64,000 nucleotides of DNA, taken from contig MU056550.1 of assembly GCA_013239625.1 (NCBI GenBank), positions 1,039,720 through 1,103,719 of the forward strand, written 5' to 3'. The notes beneath the pieces were generated by a model. It did not search any database. It worked only from the letters and a program-made list of their open reading frames with translations, and was not told where the DNA came from. The translations under genes and the position numbers were made by a program. Every line of letters starts with the position of its first letter. Positions within the stretch are counted from its first letter, which is position 1. This DNA comes from Lama guanicoe. Its lineage: Eukaryota. This document shows, piece after piece, positions 37,576 through 51,134 of this stretch.

Positions 37576-40500
37576 GTAAGCACCTGGGTGTGTGTCAGTG
37601 CGAGTGACCACCTGGGCTCGGCCCGGGATCGTGGGGAGTTGTAGCCTAGGCCCTGGGTAGGACCGCTGGGTGGGGTTGGAGAAACACTGGCCTTGGAGAA
37701 TCTGCCCTGCTGGTGACTGGCTAGGTGACCTTGGCATTACTTCGCCTCCCTGGGCCTCCATCTCCTCGTGGGTACTGTGGGGCCATGAAGAGGCTACCTC
37801 TCAGGTTGAAATGACATAATGATTGGGAGAGAGACGTGTGTCTGTGAGGGGGTTGTTATCCGTCTGGATTCTGATGGCAAGTTTGGGTAACTGACCTGTG
37901 AGAGGACCCTGACTGGTCTGTGCTGGAGGAGGGGCTGGAGGCATTGACTGTATGAGCTTTGGGCTCCATCTTGAAGCCCTTGGATGAATGCCACCAGCCT
38001 TGGTGTCTATCACTGTGTCTCTGGCATTCGGGGATGTATCTATACGGCATTCTGCCTTCCAGAGGCCTCAGGTCAGGTGTGCTGGGTTGGGGTCAGGAGG
38101 AGACCTGCGTTTGGCTGTTCTTTATACTTCCACCTTCTCACGAATCACTTGACCCAAAAGCCACTCCCTTTCGTGACCCCTTTACACATGTGGCCTCTGA
38201 GGGAGCATGGAAGGTGGGGATTGCTGAGCTGGGAGCTTCTTTTCATTTTTTTAGAGCATCTTTTGTTTTTTCTTTCTGAAAATTAGATCAATAGGGGAAA
38301 CAATGACCCCAAACCCCAGCACCTCCCAACAACCACAGTCAAGAATTTGCTCTCTTGCCTTCCAGCCTTTTTTCCCTCAGGTTTTGGAAAGTGATCCGTG
38401 TTTTATTTTGATGTAAGGATACTTTAGACGTAGAAATACAGGCTTCATCGCTGTCATCAGGGCACAAGCATCCCTGATCCACTCCACCCACTTAATGTGA
38501 CACTAGCATTCCTGCCAGAGAGCCCCTGGGTGACAGGTTCAAGTTTCTCTCCACATTCTTAGAGCCAAACAAATAAGAAAAAGAAATCAGCAGCAAGAGG
38601 CAATCTGCTTAGACCCAAGGAAGGACTTCTAGGGTGTAGAAATCCTGGGATAAACTTACTAGGAAGCATGAATGATCTGTAGCTCTGGAAGTGTCCACTA
38701 ACACATCACCCCGAACATCCCAGAGGAACTGGAAAAATGACCTGTTTGGGAGCAGGAAGCAGAAGCTCTTATAAAATGTGATACCTAAATTTTTGAAAAT
38801 GTGTTTATGGCTGGCGGCAAGGCTGGATGGGAGGGAAAGAAAGAATCCTACTCTTACACTAAATAATCAAAATCATTCTTCTGTATTTCCTCCCTGACAT
38901 TTCCAGCCACATTCTCAGGTAATGCTGGGAGATGTGGCTACAGTATAGACACAAGTCAGTATTCTGCTTTTTTCATCTTATGTGGTTTCCCAATAACTCA
39001 TAATGTGTTCTTCCTAACGATCCCTTGATTGCAGCATCCTATCCCATCAAGTGGCCAGAGTGTCGTTTTCTCCCCAAGCACCCCCTGTTGGACTGCTGCG
39101 AAGCTCCCTGTTTATCTCTACAGAGGTGGTGCACATGGTTACCCTGTTAGATTTTGACTTCCTTCAGATCACTTCTTAGGCTAGGTTTCTAGAAATGGTA
39201 TTATGGAATCAAAAGATGTGATCATTTTATAAATGTATTTCTATTTTCTTCCCCCCCCCAAATTTTTGTAATTGATGTATACAACCTCTGGCCCTATGGG
39301 AGGATCTGTTCTGCTAGGGTAAGATTTTATGATATGTTTCATTTTTGCTAGCAAATAGAGGTAATTTCTAACTGTGGCCAGGGGAGCAAGAAACTGTAAT
39401 GAGTCAGCTTGCACGAACAGAGTCAAGCCCCAAAATGAAATAAATCAGACAACAGGATTACTCTGAGGGCTAGTGTGATGAGCTGTTACACTGAAGGAAG
39501 CACATGCGATCAGCCTGGCTCTGCACTGCCAAAAAGGAGATGTTTGGCTCACCTTCTGCTTCCTCTGCCTAGGTCTTAAATGTACAGTTCCATACATTTG
39601 ACAGTTGCCTGACAAGATGCAGTTCTGAGACTCATAGTCAGACTTTCCCAGAAATGCGAGGACAGAGAGAAGGAGAAGAGAGGCCGGACTCCTTTTACTA
39701 CACTGCCCTGCCCCTCCTCAGGCGCACTCGGGTTTTTAAGTTGCCATCAACTCTCTACGTGGCCATTCCTGGTGCTGACATCAGCGAGGAGGTCAGAAGG
39801 TCAGGCGGGAACTTGGCCTCACGGAGCGTGGGCAGTGACAGTCTGGGAACTAGAGCTGAATTCAGGCAAGCGCTGCTTATGCTGGCTTGCAAGTGTAGCC
39901 TCAGGATTATCTACAGTCTCCCGGACCCTTGAGATCTAGGTAGAGAGCAGCTCAAACTCTCATTCCACATCCTGCGAAGTCCAAAGCCTTCCTGAAGACT
40001 TCCATGGGTTTCCCAGGAGATCCCCTCTTGCCTGTGGGTAGCCCTCGCTCCGAGCCCCTATAGGTGAGCCACTGACCCCGGGGTGAAACTTGGCTTCCTT
40101 GCTTCCCCACATCACCCTAACAAAACAAAACTGCTCACAACACACTGGCAGATGCAGTAAAACTTATGAAAGATTGGATGGGGCCTCAGGAGAGGTTTCT
40201 CATGCAGCAACACAAACCACTGGAAACTGGCATGCTATAGCCCTGTTCTTGACCCTCTGGCTGCTCCACCCCTGAGCACCCTCCAGGAGCTGCTTCTCCT
40301 GCTGGCTCCCCTTCCTCCCCTCCTCCCGTTTCTTCTCATCCCCTTCCCCAGCATAACTCCAAATCCCCCCACACCCCAATACCTAGAGTATTTAACAGTC
40401 CCCATCTCCTACCAGGAGACTTCATTCCCTGCCCCACCTGCTAAGTGCTGGAAAGGCAGCTCATTCTAGCTTTTATTTTTACTCTTTTAATGAGCTATAA

Positions 40501-40736
40501 TTCTAACTAAAGTGCCTAGGTCGTAAATGTACAGTTCCATACGTTTGACAATTGCCTGACAAGATGCAGACATCTCCGTCATTCCTGAAAGTTCCCTTGG
40601 GCCCCTTTGCAGTCAGGCCCTTTCTGCCCCCATTGAAACCACTATTCTGGTTTCTATCGCAGTAGTTCAGTCTGTTCTTGAACTTCATGTAGAGACTCAT
40701 ACAGGGTATACTCTTTTATTTGTTCAGGATTTTTCT

Positions 40737-40848
40737 GGTGGGGGTGGGTTTATTTATTTACTTATTTATTTTTTAGCAGAGGTACTGGGTAACAGAGCAC
40801 CTCGTGCGCGCTATGCATGAACCCTACCACTGAGCGATACCCTCCCCC
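40737..40848 (-). mobile_element. Degenerate Vic-1-type SINE within an L1 3' remnant (~40470-41030)
   Basis: gaggtactggg...cctcgtgcgcgctatgcatgaaccctaccactgagcgataccctcccc. Confidence 0.7.
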
Positions 40849-43800
40849 ATGCGCTTTTACAGTTGGCTTCTTTCACTTAACGTTGTCAGGATTCATCTAT
40901 ATTGTTGTGTGTATCAGGAACTCATTTTTTAAAAATTTCTGCGTAGCATTTCGTTATATGACAATACCAGACCACTTATCCATTCTTCTGTTGAATTCCA
41001 TTCTGTTTTTACACAGTTTTACAATTTTTTGAGCTGACATCAGTAAGTCCAACATGCCCAGATGGCAATCCTAAGAATCTTAGTGTGAGCTGTGGCGGGG
41101 GGTAGTGGGGTGCCGGCAGGAATTTCAGCTGGGGGCCAAAATTAAAATAGAAGGGAAAAAAAAGATGAAATTAAGTTTAGTAATACCTTTTACTTATCCC
41201 ATTATATCCAAAATATGACCATTTCCACATGTCATCGATATAAATACTTGTTAATGAGAGCTTTTATGTTCTTCTTTCTATACTAAGTCTATACTAAGGA
41301 CAGCATATCTCAGCTCCGATCAGCCAACTAGCCAGTGCTCAGTGGAGTAGCCTCGTGGGGCCAGTGGCTGCTGTCTTGGGCAGTGCAGACCTCAGGTAGA
41401 GGGATTTGTGTCCAGGGCCACAAAGCCCTTACTGGCAGAGAGCAAGGGGCTGGATTCATAGTCAGACCTCCCCATCTTCCTGCTGAGTTGTCTGCAAATC
41501 TTCTGCCTCTTCCCACAGAGATTTTCTGAAGACTCTTCCAACTCCTACTTTCTGAAACTTTAAGCAATGCCCCCTCCCCAGCCAACAAATGCATCCTACC
41601 CACACCTTTTGGGACTATTTCAGATCATTTATTTTTCACAAGAAGAATTCAAGTTGTCAATACACAGGGTCTAACCATTAGTGGGTTTTGAAATAAACTC
41701 AGGACTTTTTCTTGTGAAATGGGCTAGAATAGGTGTGAAAATGGTGGTTGGAGTGTATCACATGTAAAGACATTTTGTGAAACATGTTTTATTTATGAGA
41801 ATATATGTGTAGCTGTCAACCTGCAAACTGTGTATCTTACCCTGAGGATCTTGGTTTAAAAAAAACAAACAAACCAATTTCTGAATAAACCCACAGTCTC
41901 CGAGATTCCCGGTGATGGACAGTGACTATGATTTCTGTCACTGACTCCCCGGAAGTGCTTTTTGGGGAAGTGAGAGTCAGGGCTGGAGGGTGGTTGCTTT
42001 TAGCAGCTCTCCAACCCTGACATCACTCAGAATTGAAACAGGCTTGTTGACCAGAGTGCCTTAGGGCGCTGCAGGAATGAGCAGAAACAAGAGAGAAGCT
42101 GCCACTCCAGCCCACAACGCCTACCTGACCTCTGCTTCCCAGCCAGTGGCTTGACGGCCTCCCCGAAGGCGGCGGGGAGAACAGGGAGCCCACCCAAGGT
42201 CGCGTGTCCAGGTGAGGTGGCTTTAGAATTAGAACACCCAGTGCATGAATTTCAGACCCTGGGTCCAAACTGCCTACTGCTCTGCATCAGCAGAGGGGAA
42301 GTCTGCCAATGGCAGAGGAAAGCGGCCAGGGCATCAGGCATTCATTCATATGTTTGCATATACTGGATGGATCCCCTATTGTGTTCCAGGTGATGTTCCA
42401 GGCCCTGGAAACAGGGGTAAAGAGGGCGATAAAGCCCTTGCTCTCCTAGAGCTTATAGGTCAGCGTGAGAGACAGACAAGGAGCAAATGAACCAGCAGAA
42501 CAAATGTCACAGGAAGAGTACGCAGGCTCAGTTGGAGGGAAAATGCATTCCATATATTGATCATAACATATTTCAGAGAGAGAGAGTAGCTTTTGGGTGT
42601 GAGCTCTTGGCTTCCTGCCCCGACGCCCCAGGCTGCTTCCACTGAACAGCACATCCTCTCTCCCTCCTTATTCTCTTGTAAAATCTCCTTCTTGTCTCTG
42701 GGCCCGTGAAGGCGAAGGTAGCTCCTGCTCTCTCTTCTATCCCAGTGCTTCATTCTGGTCCTCTTTCCTGGCTCCGTCACAGTTGATAAACACACTGAAA
42801 TCTCTGATACTGTATTTTAAACAATATTTTCTCAACCTCATTTTCCTCCCTTCTTGAAATTCATGCTTCCCTTGCCTTCTGGACTTTCGTCAAGCTAACC
42901 AGAGCTCCTTTGAAGCTGTGATGGAGGACAGGGTGAGATACAGAGTCCGTCCTAAGGGCAGGATGATTGAGGAGAAAAAGGGAGAGAACGTATAGGACGG
43001 TGAGCTCCTGAGCAGGGAGCATCCGTGAGGCCAGGAGGAGACAACAAGCAGGGGGAGCATGATGCCTAGATTACAGGGTCTTCCTGGTCCTGCAGGAGCT
43101 TCATTCCTACCTTGTATGTAGCTATGACTATCCTCTAAGGAATCTGGAAGATTCTAGCATGCCCCTGCTCCTGTTAATGTCCTAAGGAAGAAATCCTGAA
43201 GCTCCAACAAAGTCATTCACACCCAGTTTCTCTTCCTCAGTGTCCAGCACACCAGGCAAATGAGATTAAATGGAGGGGAAGTGGGGAGAGGAGGGAGCGT
43301 GGGACTTTGTTCTGAAGATAAGTGATTTGATGGTGAAATTCCAGGCAGTGTGTGACAAGCAAACAGGAGAGGCATCTGGGTTCAAAGAGTCATTTTTAGC
43401 ACCTTCACTCTACCTGCTGCTGCTGCTCCTGCCTAGGACTGTTGTGGGGCACAAGCCGCCAGCTTCCTCAGCTGCCGCAGCGGCGGATCTGCAGGCTGGC
43501 CGGAGGCGGTGTTCCTCCCCGAGGCCTAGGGATCATCCAGAGTGCTTGTTAGCCATGCTGATTCCTGAGGCCCACATCAGTCGTACAAATCAGGATTAGG
43601 AGTGGAGTAGGGACCTAGGACCCTGGTATCTGCATTTTGATACATTTCCCAAAACCCTAGCCTGGTGGTCACAGTTTAGGGCCTTAGAGTTAGAGAGACC
43701 TGTGTTTGGCTTCTGATTTTCCCACTTCCTCGCCCTGCAACCTTGGGCAAGTTGATTGAGCTCTTCTAGGCCTCTATTTTCTTATCTATAAAATGGGATT

Positions 43801-44998
43801 ATAATTATGACCTGCCTCATAGAGCGGCTGTGAGGACTGAATGAGATGGGGCCTGTGACTCGTGGTAAAGCAGCACAGGATGTGTGTTGCTTTTCTAAGG
43901 TGCGTTTTCTTACTGAGGTTCTTGTTATTTTGGAACAAGTCACAGCTAAAGGCTGAGGTCTTGCCAGTATTGGAAGATCTTGACCAAGGGTTCTGCTTTC
44001 AGTTCTGTTATGAAAAGAAACATCTACCAGCTTGGTTTCAGCCTGGCAGAATAAAAAGACCACAAACTTTGGTGTCAGACTGGGCTCCCCTGCAATCTTA
44101 GAGTAGTCGATTGCTCGCTGTGCTGCCCTTAGCAAATTGCTTAATCTCTCTGGGTCCTACCTCTTTGTTGGTGCAGTGCGGGTGCTAATAACATCCCCAA
44201 CACCAGCTTATAATAAGGATTAAGTGATTACATGTATATCACTCTTTCTCAGCATTGGCCCATTGAAATCACTTGGTGCAATTTATTAAAACAAACAAAC
44301 GAACCGCAATGGCCAGGACCCAGGCAGGGTAGGGAACTTGCAATATTCCTCAAGCTCTTGCCCCAGGGCCTGACACATCCCAGGTACTTGATAACTAATA
44401 ACGAAAGGCTTCTCCCATGGTTCTCTTACTCTTCCTCCTTCCATTCATGGTGTCCACCCAATGCTCTCCCAGTTGACATCAAACTGGGGTCAGGCCCTGC
44501 AGCTCCCTGACCTCCTCCTGGCAGCCAGGACCCCTCACCTGTATCTGCGGACTCAGCCCCACACCCTCCCATGCCCTGGGACCTGCTGACCTACAGTTCA
44601 GAGCTGGACCAGCTCTGGGCCCACACTGGATCCTACCCTATTCTGGTCTATACTGGACCGTGGGCTGGTCTGCTCTGGCTCATGGGGCCTTATCTCTGAG
44701 TCCAAGTCCTGCCTTGAGACCTTCCTGTATCCTCAGACTTGTGAAAAACAACGATTTCCCCTCCCGTGTGGCAGTCACCTCCCAGAAATAGAGACCTGTG
44801 TCTGTCCCCAGCCTTGTGGCAGGTCCCCGCTGCTGCTTCACCAGGTGGACAGCATTGGTCAAGACAGTGGAATCATCACTGACTTTTTCCCCCATTCCTT
44901 CCTGAGACATCAATAGAAGGCAAACAAATGAAAATTTTAAAATGTATAAACCCATGGAACCACTCTAACTAGCGCCTCATCTTCCGGAGGTATGAGCA

Positions 44999-45507
44999 TG
45001 TGGCAAATTGTGTGGTGGCCCCACTCCCCCCACAAGATGTCCACATCCTAACCTCTGGAACCCATGAATATGTCACATTACATGGGAACTAAGGTCGCAG
45101 GTGGAACTGAGATTGGGAATCAGCTGCCCTGGAGACGGGGAGCTGACCCTGGATTATCCAGGTAGGCCAGATGTCAGCACCAGGGTCCTTGTAAGTGGGA
45201 GAGGAGGTCGGACGTGACTAGGGAAGAGTGGTCAGAGACACGCAGCACTGCTGGCCTTGAAGGTGGAGGAAGGGGCCACGAGCCACGGAACATGAGTGAC
45301 CTCCAGAAACTGAGGAGTCAGGAGACGGCTTCTCCAGAGGAGCCTCCAGAAGGGACCCAGCCCTGCCCACACTTCGATTTTAGCCTGCTGGCATCATATT
45401 GGCCCTCTGACCTCCAGAACTGTGAGATAACACTTCTGTGTGTTTTTAAGCCACTGCCTCTTTGGGAATTTGTGATTTTGTGAGAGCGGCTGCTGCAGAC
45501 AAATACA
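44999..45507 (+). mobile_element. MLT1 (MaLR) LTR, MLT1C/D-like
   Basis: caagatgtccacatcctaacctctggaacccatgaatatgtcac...tctgacctccagaactgtgagataa...aaataca. Confidence 0.85.
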
Positions 45508-46744
45508 GTTTGTTTCTAAGAAATGCTGCTGCCTGGCCTCCCCCAATGACATTTCAGTCCAATTCTCAAATTTTAAGTTACTTTTGATTACTAAGCAGAC
45601 TCATTTCAGTTGTAAAAATTTTGTCATGCTTATTTTAACACTGCTGTCTTTGATTCAAAGCTCCCCGCTTTGCCCAGGGGAGGGAGTAGAGAGAGGGGTG
45701 AGGGCAGCCTCAGCTCCCTCCACACCCCTTCCCTGCACTGACTTCCCTGATGTGGGATTGAGGAGGAAAGACAGGGAGACAGTTTCCCACAGGAGGTCTC
45801 CCATCAGTGGGCCATTCCTGCCCATCAAGCTTGTGGTATTGGGTAGAGATTCAACCCCTGGCCTTTGAGAGGTCCCTCATGGTCCCTGGAGAGGATCAGC
45901 TGCATCTTTAGGCTGCCTGCAGCATCCTGTCACGCAAGCACCTCTTTGCCCCATGCTTCAGTAGCTCTTGGGAGGCCTGCACCCCACAATCTTGTCTACT
46001 GCAGGCCTGCTAACAGGTGGGGCTCGGCTTCCTACCTTTCCAGGGCCTGAACCTGATCATGCAGCCGTGACATGCTCCCCACTGGCTGTACTCCCAGCCA
46101 CCTCTCCCCAGGGTGCCTCTCCCCTCTTTGGGGGCACCCTGGCCATTAAACTAGCCTGGTAGACCAGAGAACATCCAACTGGGAATGGAATATGGGTCCT
46201 GGTCCTACCCTCTTCAGCTGCATTCTCTCCAAAAGACAAGCTCTTCTTTGTTCTGTTGAAAATGCAGCACTCAGCAGTCCATGGGGAAGAGTGCTATTTC
46301 TCTGGTCTAAGAATGTGGGGAACTTGGTACCTGCATTCCTGACAGTGGGCCCTGATCATTCATTCTGGGGAATCCCTGGACCCCTCATACAACCATGTCA
46401 ACACCACAGCAACACTCCTTTTAAAGTAAGATATCCTGAACCCTGTTTGGTCTTTCCTTGATGACTTGGGGGCATCACAACTAACATCCACAGAGGAAGG
46501 CCATGTGACACAGAAAGCATTCTGCCCTCCCTCCTACCCGGGTGACCTGGGGTGGGTCATTTGACCTCAGAATCAGCCCCCTGTCTGAAGGAGGGTGTGG
46601 TGGTGAGGATGAAATGAGGTGAGTGGTGAGAAAGCACTTGCAGAGACTGCTCGGCACACTGAACACACGCAAAACATCTGATGGCAAATCAAAGCATCTG
46701 ATGTGTGAGAACAAAACTGCAAAATACTTACCACCTTACTGAGT

Positions 46745-46797
46745 TCTGAAAAGTGACCCAGAGTTTCGTTTTCTGACATCATCCTACTTCCCCTTTC
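46745..46797. promoter_or_regulatory. Candidate intronic enhancer: ISRE plus CRE-like plus PU.1
   Basis: AGTTTCGTTTTC (46762-46773, ISRE consensus AGTTTCNNTTTC), TGACATCA (46774-46781), and TACTTCCCCTTTC (reverse GAAAGGGGAAGTA). Confidence 0.55.
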
Positions 46798-47231
46798 TCC
46801 CTGAGAATTTGATGAGAATAACATGTCTTTGAACTTGAAATCTGGACAATGGGAAATCTACACTATATGGTTGGTTGGCTCTTCTTCAATTTTATCAAAG
46901 TAAATGCAAAAGAAAAAATCAAGTAGTTCACAGGGTTTGTGGTGGAAAGTTATAGCTGCCTGTCTTCCCACTTCTGTCCTTCCACCCTGTCACACTCTTC
47001 AAATGCAACAGCTTTTAATTTTGTGTCCTGTTATTTATTTTTATAGCTCTAAAGAGTATGTTTATGTTTCTTTTTGGAGAAATTCTTCAAAAATAAAAGA
47101 AAAAGACAAAGAGATTTAAAAAAATAGGGGGGTGGGAAATTAGACTAAGAACCAGAAGACATTTAAATAAGAGAAAAGAAAAACAAAGTGTATATAAGAG
47201 AAAAGAGAATGAGAAAATGACGGGGAGAAAA

Positions 47232-47342
47232 CTCTATCTCTCTATCCATCCATCCTTCCATCATTCCATGTATCTATGCATCTATATTTGTATGTATCCA
47301 GCCAGCCAGCCAGCCATTTACCTATCTATGCATCCAACTATC
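47232..47342. repeat. Degenerate (TCTA/TCCA/GCCA)n microsatellite
   Basis: ctatctctctatccatccatcc...cagccagccagccagcc. Confidence 0.8.
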
Positions 47343-49320
47343 TGGTTCACCAGAGATAAATAAGGTGAAATTCCGATTTAGTTTGTTGAACAAAGAGGCT
47401 GCCCTTATATAAGTGGCATCGTCTTAAGTCCAGTGCCCTGTGACCTCATGGGGCCCTGCAAAACCAGATTTCACAGGCCTCGACTGAGAGCCAAGTTTCC
47501 ATTCTCCATGGTTACCCTTTTTCTATTTGTTCTTCTGCCTCTCTTGCTTTCTTTTGTGCACCCTGAAAATGTGATCTACAACAAAACTTCTGCCAAATGC
47601 ATGCCTTGGGGGTGAGACACCCCCAGTAGCTGACACTTCACTCTCTCAAGAGTAAATCCTCAGACAACTACCAACATCAATAAATGACAAAAACAGAGCA
47701 TTAAGCAAAAAAGTAAGCAGCAGGGTTACGTGCATGGAAGAATACTAGTGACATATGATTGGTTTTGCCACATCTAACTTTACGAATATCCAAAGAACAT
47801 TCTACTGACCAAGCCAAACCTTCACAGAAGAAATGAAGCTTGGAACTGAAACTCCAAATCATAATATAACAGCTTAATAAATAAAGACACTATGCCAGTA
47901 ATACAAACACATGTTTAAGTCATAAGCCAAGTCAGAAGGTCTTTGTAGTAATAATGGCTTCAGCAGCATCCTTCGTTGGCCCCTGTATCTCAGCCTCCTG
48001 CCTCGGTCCCTGCTGATGTCGTTAATATTGATAGAAGCATGAATCAGAAATGGTATCCTATGATCACGAGTGAGTGAGTTTCCACGGGCTAAGTGGTGAA
48101 ACTCATATAATTCTCATATAACCAGGATATGTCAAGTTATCTCCCAGACTTCAAGGATCATTTTTACTTTAATATCCAAGTGAACTAGCAAAGTGCCCAT
48201 TCCACAGATAAGGGGAGCCCAGCCGCCGCGCCCCCCACCCCCCACCAAGATCTCCCTGAATATTTCTCTGGCGGCTCCTCCTCTGTTCATACAAGCTTTG
48301 GTCGTGCAATTTTAGTGGAATTTGATGGGAACAGATTAGAACACAGCATTACACAGGCAACAGTTGAAGACTGAATATTAGACATAATTTTCCCACAAAT
48401 GCATTGGTCATTTTCCACTACGGGGACTATCTAATGATGCTCCAACTTTATGTGCTCTCTCTTTTTTTTTTTTCCCTCTCTCTTTCTTCCCTCAGCTTTA
48501 TTGAGATACAATTGACATTACTGAGATACATTGTGTAAGTTAAAGGTGTACTATGTGTTGATTTGATACACTTGCATGTTGTAGAATGATTACCCCCAAA
48601 GTGGTACCTAACATCTCCATCACAAAACTACCACTTCTTTCTTATGGGGAGAACATTTAAGATCTACCCTCTTCTTGACCTCTCCCTCTGCTGTTACCCT
48701 CTCCCCAGACTCTCCTCCTCTCTGGTCAGCCAGCCTTCTACACCCAAATTCCTGTCCCTTCTCTTGTGCAGACTAGCTCAGTTTGCTTTTGCATCTTCAC
48801 CTTCTCCCCTCTGACCACACCTCACTCAAAGAGATCCATCAAGGTATTTTCCTAACCCCTACCTCAAAAAAAAAAAAAAGAACCTCTCAAAATTCTATCT
48901 CCCCTGTTATGAATTCAGTCTATGTTGCCCCTTTGATATAAAAACAACTGCAATCAGTTATTGCTTTAAATGGCATTTCCTCCTCCTGTTGCATGTTTGA
49001 CAGTATAAGAAAGAGGCGTGATTATGTCTACTGGGTCTAGAGGAACTAATAAGTACGTCTTACCTCTAATCTTTGTAAATCCCCTGTGAAGTATAGACAT
49101 TATCATGCCCATGTTGCAGATGAGAACACTGAGGCTTACAGAAGGTTAAGTCACTTTCCTGAGGTCTCCCAGCTGCTAATCAGCAGAGTTTGACTGTGAA
49201 CCAGTGCCTGTCTGATCCCTAAGCCAATGTAGCCGCACATCATGGTAGATACGGCCCCCACCGCCCCAGCAAGCCTTTCACTCATACGCCTTCCTCTCTC
49301 CCCATTCTTTTCAGGATCCC

Positions 49321-49438
49321 ATGGAGATGGATTGGTGGAGGAACAATTTCTGGATCATCCTGGCTGTGGCCATTGTCGTTGTCTCCATGGGCCTGGGCAT
49401 CATCATGTTCTGTGTCTGTAGGAGTCTGTTTAGAAAAG
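49321..49438 (+). CDS. SCIMP: SCIMP exon 2 coding part (exon starts 49315): short ectodomain, TM helix, palmitoylation CxC motif
   Basis: Polypyrimidine tract and tcag|GATCCC ATG, then MEMDWWRNNFWIILAVAIVVVSMGLGIIMFCVCRSLFRK-G|gtaatt. Matches recalled human MSWWRNNFWIILAVAIIVVSVGLGLILYCVC. Confidence 0.96.
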
Positions 49439-51073
49439 GTAATTACCACCTTGCCAGGGCAGGTGGAGGGAAGGGAGGGGCAGGGTGGTTATCAGTGTAT
49501 TAGGGCTCCTTTAGGGCAAAGAGATTAGTTCTGGGCCTGTCCAGCTTGGACTCTGGATTTAACATCATGCATTTTGGGTTTGAGTCCTAGCCCTGCCACT
49601 AATTTGTGCATTTGGGCCTCAATCTTCCCCTCTGCATAGCGAAGGGAGGGAGGTTACCTAACCTCCAGGAACTCTCCAGCCCCAAGAGTCTGGGGGGAAG
49701 CAGCTTGTGTTTCAGGGTGCACTGTGCTGTAGTGCTGCCGGTCACAGCACCTCACCTCCGGGACAGGAGTCCACAGAATGTCAAAAACTGTCTTCACGCC
49801 AAATGTGTAAAGTTGTATACATGTTGCACATATGAAATATGTACAGCTTCTTTTACATCAATCATTCTCCAACAAAGTTATTTTTTTTAATGTCTTGAGG
49901 CATGAAAAACGGACTCCTTCTATGATCACCACGTTTGACCACCCCGATTGCCTGCTCTAAGATCATACTCTGAATTTTCTGGTATATCTGTCTTGGCCAG
50001 ACAGTCTTAGCATCCTCAGACATAAATAAGCATAAATTTCTGTAGGATTAACATAATTTTAGATTATCTACTAGTGGGTTTCAAATTTACTACTAATTTC
50101 CAAAAACATGAAATCCTCAACTCAACGGTGTATTTTCTTGAGATCCTATCCCTTTACATAATGACCAGAACCTGGAGCACACCTGGAGAGGGTGAATACA
50201 CTGAGAGGTACAGCCACCTTCCCCTGGGGCAACCTGGGCAGGCATCTCTCCAAGATCAAGGCATTGTCCTCTCGTTGCATCTGGACACAGCTTCAGAATT
50301 CTACTGAACCAGTGCTGAAAGGTCAGGGCTGCTCAAGAAGTGAAAACTTTTTGTCATTCTTCTCAAACCCTTTTCAGAAATAAGAAAATTGAGGTTCAGG
50401 CAAATCCTTGGTTGAGGTCTTATTGGAATTGGTGGTGGCAGAGTTGGAACCAGAACTTGGGTCTTCTAGGCTCCCCGTTCAATGTTCTTTCCCCTCCATG
50501 CTTTGACAGCAATTGGTTTTTGGTTTTTGGTTTGTTTTTTTTAATACAGAAAGTGAGTTCTGGCCCTTAGAGTCCTCTAACCATTTGCCATTTTAAAATA
50601 TTTCATTTCTAGATATGGACAGAAGTACGAGCCTGAACAAAAACTTTACCTGTTCTCTTCTATCTTGACCCACTTCTATTAACAAGCAGGTTATAATGAG
50701 TAATAACTTACACATCCAGCACATCGCAGTTTACAAACTGCTTTTCCCAGCCTGTATCTCATTTCCTCCCAACCACACTTTTGGCTAGTCATTCGACCAA
50801 TATTTCTGAGTGCCAACTACATGCTAGGCAGGCTGAGTACCAGGCAATGAGGAAACACTCACAGCCAGCCCTGGATTAGCGTCCAGGCTCTGCGGTCAGA
50901 CTGCCTGGGGGAAGTTCCGCCTCTCCCACTCAACAGTTCTGTGTCCCTGAGTCTGCTTCCTCTGAACAGCTCTTCCCAAAGTCCCGAACTCGCCGGTTCT
51001 CTCATCTCTTCTAAACTCTCAAATCAAAACTTTTGCTAATTCTTCCTAAGAATACGCTTATTTGCTTCCCTAG

Positions 51074-51134
51074 GCAAGAAATGGGAAATTGTCAAGCCCT
51101 TGAAACAGAAGCAGAGAGATGAAGAGATGTACGA
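51074..51134 (+). CDS. SCIMP: SCIMP exon 3
   Basis: ttgcttccctag|GC AAG AAA TGG...ATG TAC GA|gtaagt = GKKWEIVKPLKQKQRDEEMYE. Phases 1 and 2 are consistent with the neighbouring exons. Confidence 0.95.

Noticed and set aside
43451-43530. Small CpG-rich patch in SCIMP intron 1 (a similar one at ~22070-22140)
   Set aside because: Too short for a CpG island, with no splice signals or recognisable homology that I can support.
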